This document shows positions 58,965 to 64,000 of a stretch of DNA of 64,000 bases, piece after piece; position 1 is the first letter of the stretch; each line of letters starts with the position of its first letter. The notes under the pieces were generated by a model, which saw nothing but the letters and a program-made list of their open reading frames with translations, was not told the origin of the DNA and searched no databases. The position numbers and the translations under genes are program-made. This stretch comes from an uncultured Clostridia bacterium (lineage in GTDB: Bacteria; Bacillota; Clostridia; Christensenellales; UBA1242), in the NCBI GenBank assembly GCA_934771475.1, contig CAKVMD010000003.1, positions 14,573 through 78,572 on the forward strand. Reading direction: 5' to 3'.

Positions 58965-59501
58965 ATGAAATATGTACTTGGATTTTTTAGTGTGCTTGCA
59001 GTGATTTTAGTCTTTGCGTTGTGCCCTTTTAATGCTAGGGAAACCAAAGAAATTGAATATTTAAGAATACATATCCGCGCCGATTCCAACAGCGTGCAAG
59101 ACCAAAATGTTAAGTATAAAGTCAAAGATGCGGTGGTAGACGCTTTGGTGCCTTATCTAAGTGAAATTAAAACTTTTGAAGAGGCAAAGAGTTTTATTAA
59201 AAATAATTATGTGATGATTGAGGGCGTGGCTGACGAAGTTCTTGCAAGGGAGGGCTTTTCGTATACCGCCTCAGCTTCGCTTAAAAATGAGCATTTCCCT
59301 ACCAGAATTTATGACAATTTAACCCTTAAAGAGGGAGATTATGATGCGCTCATTATTAATCTTGGCTCGGGGCAGGGCGACAACTGGTGGTGCGTGGTTT
59401 TCCCAGCATTTTGTTTCACTTCTTCGACAAAATCTGGGCAAAACGAATATATTTCGGCAATTTGGGAGATAATTAAAAGTGTAATGAGGGAGGAAAAATG
59501 A
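58965..59501 (+). CDS. spoIIR: Stage II sporulation protein R
   Basis: LRIHIRADSNSVQDQNVKYKVKDAV and GDNWWCVVFPAFCF motifs typical of SpoIIR, plus a signal peptide. Confidence 0.87.
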   Translation: MKYVLGFFSVLAVILVFALCPFNARETKEIEYLRIHIRADSNSVQDQNVKYKVKDAVVDALVPYLSEIKTFEEAKSFIKNNYVMIEGVADEVLAREGFSYTASASLKNEHFPTRIYDNLTLKEGDYDALIINLGSGQGDNWWCVVFPAFCFTSSTKSGQNEYISAIWEIIKSVMREEK

Positions 59502-60202
59502 AAAAGAGATTTTATGCACTTGCACTTCTAGGGCTGACCGCTTCACTCACCGTTGTCGGACTTGGGACAAGTGCAAATGAGGCAATTTTGCCAAGTAGCG
59601 GACAATATGTAGCGCAAGCGGCTACAACAACCGCGCAAAACAAGCAAATTCAGACTAAATTAAAAAAATGGGGATATTATACAGGAGCTATTGACGGAAT
59701 TTATGGTCCAAAAACTAAGCAAGCTGTAAGATATTTTCAAAGCAAAAATGGTTTAACGGTGGACGGAATTGTGGGCAAGAAAACTGCCGCTGCTATGGGA
59801 ATTAACCTTGGCTCAACCTCTACAACGACCAAAACAAGCGCAAACACTTCATCGAGTGATTTAAATTTACTTGCTAGATGTGTTTATGCTGAGGCGAGAG
59901 GTGAGCCTTACACGGGGCAAGTTGCAATAGCAGCTGTGGTTTTAAACAGAGTTAAAAGTCCGTCATTTCCAAACACAATTTCTGGCGTAATCTATCAGCC
60001 ATGGGCGTTTACCGCTGTCAATGACGGGCAAATAAACCTTACTCCAAATGATACAGCTTACAAAGCCGCGCAAGATGCGTTAAATGGTTGGGACCCTACA
60101 TACGGATGTATTTATTATTACAACCCATCCACTGCCACAAGTTCATGGATATGGTCAAGAAAAATCGTGCTAAAAATTGGAAAGCACAATTTTGCAATCT
60201 AG
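59498..60202 (+). CDS. sleB: Spore cortex-lytic enzyme SleB
   Basis: PG_binding_1 domain (GAIDGIYGPKTKQAVRYFQSKNGLTVDGIVG) plus Hydrolase_2 (VYAEARGEPYTGQVAIAAVVLNRV...GWDPT...IGKHNF). Nearly colinear with B. subtilis SleB. Confidence 0.95.
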   Translation: MKKRFYALALLGLTASLTVVGLGTSANEAILPSSGQYVAQAATTTAQNKQIQTKLKKWGYYTGAIDGIYGPKTKQAVRYFQSKNGLTVDGIVGKKTAAAMGINLGSTSTTTKTSANTSSSDLNLLARCVYAEARGEPYTGQVAIAAVVLNRVKSPSFPNTISGVIYQPWAFTAVNDGQINLTPNDTAYKAAQDALNGWDPTYGCIYYYNPSTATSSWIWSRKIVLKIGKHNFAI

Positions 60203-60211
60203 GAGGGAGAC

Positions 60212-61606
60212 ATGAAACAAAATAATAACAAAACAAAAAGTATGCCCGCTGGTGAAAACAAAAAGGACAAAAAACAAAATAAGAAAGCCATGATTTCTCT
60301 CGCTGTTGCAACCGCGGTTTTGGGCGTTACAACATTAGGCTTTGGGATAGGGTTTGCAGTTACTGATGCTAGGGCTATGGATTATGGCACAAAACTTGAA
60401 AATATATATGAAAGCAACTTTTACAGCCTGCTTGACAGTGTAAATAACCTTGAAAATAAGTTGTCAAAGACGCTAGCATCAAACACCTCTTCTTATCAAA
60501 GAAAAACTCTTTTAGAGGCAAGTCAAAATGCTAGTGAAGCCGAGATTTCGGTGGCAAGTCTTCCTTTGAGAAGTGCTGACAAAGAGGACACAATAAAACT
60601 TGTAAATCAAGTTGGGGGATATACGCAAACTCTCGCTGATGACCTTGTAGACGGAGAAATGTCAACTAACGACCGCGAAACTTTGCAAGAAGTGCATTCA
60701 AGCGTTTTGGCGTTAAAGACTCAACTTAATGATTTTGCAAGAAAACTTGAAAATAATTATTCTATTTTGGATGCAAGTTTATCTCTTGATGGTGATAATA
60801 ATGTTTTTGCTCAAAATTTAACCGCGCTCAAAGAACAAAATGTTGAGTATCCTACAATGATTTATGACGGACCTTTCTCTGACTCGGTTGTAAATCAAGA
60901 GGTTAAGGGGGTAAAAGGTAGCGTTATCACAAAAGAAGAGGCAAAAGACAAACTTTTGAAAGTCTTTAAAGATGAGGTGTCTGCTGACTATGAAGGGGAG
61001 ACAAATGGCAGATTTGAAACATACAATTTTAGGCTTAAAAATTCTCATGGTGAGATGTTGTTTGTACAGTCCACCAAAATTCAAGGCTACATTTTGACCG
61101 TCTCTGGTGCGGGCGCAAATGGTGAAGCGTCAGTGGATAGAGCAGGGGCGAAAGAAGTGGCGCTTGCATTTGCTCGCGAAAATGGCATTGAGGGAGCAAG
61201 TGTTGTTTGGAGTGATAGCATAAACGAAGATATCTACTTCAATATTGCCCCTTCTCAAAGTGGAATTGTCCTTTATCCCGACCTAGTAAAAGTTAAGGTC
61301 AACACAGTTAGTGGGACAGTGGTCGGATATGACGCAACTTCATACTTTACAAATCACAAGGCTCGTGCGCTAAGCAAGGGGACAGTTTCCCTGTCCACCG
61401 CAAAAGGGAAAGTACCACCAACCTTTGAAGTTATTTCTTCCCGCGTTGTGCTTGCACCACTTGACTATAATCGCGAAGTCGTTTGTGTGGAAGTTGAAGC
61501 GGAAAGCGAAGGTAGCACTTATTACTTCTACTTCAATGCTGAAAATGGCGACACCGAAAACGTGCTAAAAGTTATCGAAACGGACAATGGGAATTTATTA
61601 ATGTAA
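60212..61606 (+). CDS. ypeB: Germination protein YpeB
   Basis: N-terminal TM, the YESNFYSLLDSVNNLENKLSK region, and C-terminal PepSY-like domains. Immediately downstream of sleB. Confidence 0.87.
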   Translation: MKQNNNKTKSMPAGENKKDKKQNKKAMISLAVATAVLGVTTLGFGIGFAVTDARAMDYGTKLENIYESNFYSLLDSVNNLENKLSKTLASNTSSYQRKTLLEASQNASEAEISVASLPLRSADKEDTIKLVNQVGGYTQTLADDLVDGEMSTNDRETLQEVHSSVLALKTQLNDFARKLENNYSILDASLSLDGDNNVFAQNLTALKEQNVEYPTMIYDGPFSDSVVNQEVKGVKGSVITKEEAKDKLLKVFKDEVSADYEGETNGRFETYNFRLKNSHGEMLFVQSTKIQGYILTVSGAGANGEASVDRAGAKEVALAFARENGIEGASVVWSDSINEDIYFNIAPSQSGIVLYPDLVKVKVNTVSGTVVGYDATSYFTNHKARALSKGTVSLSTAKGKVPPTFEVISSRVVLAPLDYNREVVCVEVEAESEGSTYYFYFNAENGDTENVLKVIETDNGNLLM

Positions 61607-61824
61607 GGGTTAATTAATAATAAACCTTATTTTAACAATATTTACAAATGAAAAGAGTAAAAATGCAGAAAAAAATCAAAAATAAACGGGAAAATCATAA
61701 AAACAAATGAAAAAACTTTATTTTTGATTGCAATTTGCTAAATGGGATAAATTTCCCTAGTTTGGTCAAACTTGGGTTAAAAATTTAACACAAAAATTTC
61801 AGTACAAGTATTTAAGAAATAAAT

Positions 61825-61857
61825 AAAAAACCGCCTAAAAATTAGGCAGTTTTTTTG
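61825..61857. terminator. Bidirectional terminator between ypeB and spoVG
   Basis: A-run, GCCTAA-AAA-TTAGGC, T-run. Confidence 0.7.
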
Positions 61858-61904
61858 TTTGAAAAAAGTGCTTTTAATTAAAGTTGTTTGTAAAATAAGA
61901 ATTA

Positions 61905-62177
61905 CTATGCTTCTTCGGCTGGTTTTTCAGCAAGAGCCTTTTCATACGCTGCAAGAACTGCGGCTTTGATTTCTTCTCTTGTTTCTGTAACGATTGGGTG
62001 AGCAATGTCTACATGTTCTTCCCCAACCTTTTTATTAGGCATAGAAATGAATAAGCCTTTTTGTCCTTCAATAACTTTAACATCTCTAACTACAAAGCAG
62101 TCATCGAATGTGATTGAGCAAATTGCTTTAAGTTTTGCTTCGTCTTTTAATCTTAATCTTACATCTGTTACTTTCAC
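61905..62177 (-). CDS. spoVG: Septation protein SpoVG
   Basis: MKVTDVRLRL...LKAICSITFDDCFVVRDVKVIEGQKGLFISMP matches the SpoVG consensus. Confidence 0.95.
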   Translation of the reverse strand: MKVTDVRLRLKDEAKLKAICSITFDDCFVVRDVKVIEGQKGLFISMPNKKVGEEHVDIAHPIVTETREEIKAAVLAAYEKALAEKPAEEA

Positions 62178-62324
62178 TAGTTTGTACCTTCCTTTTTTAA
62201 ATTAAGTTTTTGAACTTAATTAAATTTTACTCTATTTTATTAAAAAATACAAATAATTTAACGCTCTTTTTGAAAAAACTAACAATTTTTTGTCAGCAAG
62301 GGGAAATTTGTCATAAAGAAAGAT

Positions 62325-63050
62325 ATGAAGTTTGTGTATAACGGCATTTGTGTGCATTACGCTACTTATGGCAAAAAAAGCGAAAGGGCAACTCTTCTTT
62401 TGCATGGGTGGGGCAGTAGCGGAAAAGTTTTTGATAATCTTAAAGACGCTTTTAATGGTGAGCGTTATTTTGTTGTGCCTGATTTCCCGCCATTTGGTGA
62501 AAGCGGTTCACTTGTATGTTCATGGACAATTTTTTCGTATGCAAGTATGGTCATGAGTTTATGTGAACATTTGGGCATAAAAGAAGTTGATGTTTTAGGG
62601 CATTCTTTCGGCGGGCGAATTGCAATACTGCTAGCGGGTCTTGAATGCTCATTTGTGCATTCATGCATTTTGGTTGACAGTGCGGGATTAAAGCCTAAAT
62701 TTTCGCTCAAAGCACGATTTAAGGTCTTAAAATATAAAACCAAAAAATTCTTTGGCAAAAATGTCGACAACATGGGCTCGCCAGACTACTTAGCCCTTCC
62801 CCCTTGTATGCGTGGGGTTTTTGTTAACGTGGTCAACACTTTTTTAGAGCCATATTTATCCAAAATTCAAGCCCCTACACTGATTGTTTGGGGACAAAAA
62901 GATAAAGAGACTCCGCTTTATATGGCAAAAAGGCTGAATCGAAAAATTAAGCGCTCCTCACTTGTGGTTTTAAATGGCGGACATTTTGTTTTTCTCGACA
63001 GCCCTCTTGCCTTTTATAAAGTTGTAAGAGAGTTTTGGGAGGCAAAATGA
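62325..63050 (+). CDS. Alpha/beta hydrolase
   Basis: Nucleophile elbow GHSFGG, HGWGSS oxyanion region, C-terminal GGHF. Confidence 0.8.
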   Translation: MKFVYNGICVHYATYGKKSERATLLLHGWGSSGKVFDNLKDAFNGERYFVVPDFPPFGESGSLVCSWTIFSYASMVMSLCEHLGIKEVDVLGHSFGGRIAILLAGLECSFVHSCILVDSAGLKPKFSLKARFKVLKYKTKKFFGKNVDNMGSPDYLALPPCMRGVFVNVVNTFLEPYLSKIQAPTLIVWGQKDKETPLYMAKRLNRKIKRSSLVVLNGGHFVFLDSPLAFYKVVREFWEAK

Positions 63051-64000
63051 TATATGTAAGTATGGTTTTATGCGCATGTGTAAGTACGGCGTTTTCACTT
63101 TTGTTTTTAAAGACATATCAACTTTCTTCTTACAAAGTGCAAACTTTTTTTAAAGAAATTTGTGCTTTTAATTTTTCAAGTGGAAGTAAAAATAAAATCG
63201 TTTTCACAAAACGAATTATACGCTACCTTATCACCCTATTTGTAATTAATGCGCTAATATTTTATCTTGTAAACCGCTTTGTTTCAAATATATGGTTACT
63301 TCTTCTCGACTATATCATAGTTCTTTTGCTTTGCCCGCTTATTATGATAATTGCACATTTTATCATTTACCCACTTGAAGCGTTTATTAAGTGGTACTAC
63401 ATCCAAAAAGCGCGTAAAAAACTTATCAAGAAAAATGTTGTTAAAATTGGAATAACCGGTTCGTATGGCAAAACTTCCACCAAAAACATTCTGACCGAAA
63501 TTTTAGAAAAGGAGTATAAAGTTTGCACAACTCCTCTAAGTTACAACACCGAAATGGGCATAACTAAAACCATACTTGAAACCTTGGACGACCACGATGT
63601 TTTTATCGCAGAGATGGGCGCTCGTAAAAAAGGCGACATTAAAGCACTGACTGATATTGTAAAACCAGACTATGGAATTATTACCACACTAGGCAAACAG
63701 CATATTGAAACTTTTAAAACGCTTTCAGCGATTGAGGATACAAAGTTTGAACTCGCCGAAAATGTGTCCAGCGATGGAGCGTTGGTTTTTAATGGCGACA
63801 ATCCATCTGGATTAAGGCTGTTTAGAAGATGTAAAACCAACAAATATTTAGTTTGCGATAGACGCGGATTTGCTTACGCTCAAAATGAAAAAATATCAAG
63901 CGAAGGCTGTGAATTTGACCTTGTGCTTGACGGTAAAATTATAAAGATGAAAACTGCGCTACTTGGGAAATGCAATATTGACAATATTGTTTGTGCCTGT
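63047..64000 (+). CDS. murF: Mur ligase family protein, MurF-like, with an N-terminal multi-TM region (partial; runs off the window)
   Basis: Not in the ORF track because it has no stop in the window. ATGA overlap with the hydrolase stop. About 120 hydrophobic N-terminal residues, then GITGSYGKTSTK P-loop and AEMGARKKGDI...TLGKQHIETF, colinear with MurF. Confidence 0.7.
   Translation, partial: MIYVSMVLCACVSTAFSLLFLKTYQLSSYKVQTFFKEICAFNFSSGSKNKIVFTKRIIRYLITLFVINALIFYLVNRFVSNIWLLLLDYIIVLLLCPLIMIIAHFIIYPLEAFIKWYYIQKARKKLIKKNVVKIGITGSYGKTSTKNILTEILEKEYKVCTTPLSYNTEMGITKTILETLDDHDVFIAEMGARKKGDIKALTDIVKPDYGIITTLGKQHIETFKTLSAIEDTKFELAENVSSDGALVFNGDNPSGLRLFRRCKTNKYLVCDRRGFAYAQNEKISSEGCEFDLVLDGKIIKMKTALLGKCNIDNIVCAC

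Noticed and set aside
62290-62327. A fourth leaderless candidate (TTGTCA-16-CATAAA-7-ATG) for the alpha/beta hydrolase, and a GATAAT 5 nt before the FAD oxidoreductase ATG (18060-18073)
   Set aside because: The -10 or -35 elements are poor (CATAAA lacks the conserved final T, and there is no convincing -35 at 18037-18042). They were not counted with the three strong cases.

Overview
This 64-kb chromosomal segment comes from a low-GC, endospore-forming Firmicute, probably a member of the Clostridia. That assignment rests on spoIIE, spoIIR, sleB-ypeB, cwlD, spoVG, veg and a SipL-like gene. Recognisable backbone genes are gmk-like, tilS, tRNA-Leu(CAG), degV, an AbrB-like/ABC-2 exporter trio, iscR-nifS-nifU, ppdK, rpoZ-priA-def-fmt-rlmN-rsgA-rpe, and a MurF-like ligase running off the 3' end. 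Several things stand out against that backbone. (1) A 2292-aa BspA-like LRR surface protein is built from nine super-modules. (2) A tightly coupled four-gene cassette (DUF4417 / HNH-like / 97-aa Trp-His-rich protein / CPCC zinc-ribbon protein) sits inside the 5' end of cwlD, bracketed by a 52-bp direct repeat, with no recombinase. This is my best candidate for an undescribed conflict (defence or toxin-immunity) module. (3) A 12-kb stretch holds four BclA-like collagen-repeat genes, a coiled-coil fibre gene and an SH3 membrane protein, and is probably a spore-surface locus. (4) An orphan VirD4/TraG-type coupling protein lies next to radC. (5) A coupled pair of unknown genes is wedged between ppdK and rpoZ. 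(6) Two roughly 200-bp tracts of about 6% GC occur, one of them splitting def from fmt. (7) There is an 1846-aa lipoprotein of unknown function. (8) The tRNA-Leu promoter and 5' end are duplicated, and the copy heads a foldable ~134-nt segment. No rRNA, CRISPR array, transposase or integrase was seen. All homology statements come from motif recognition by eye, not from database searches.
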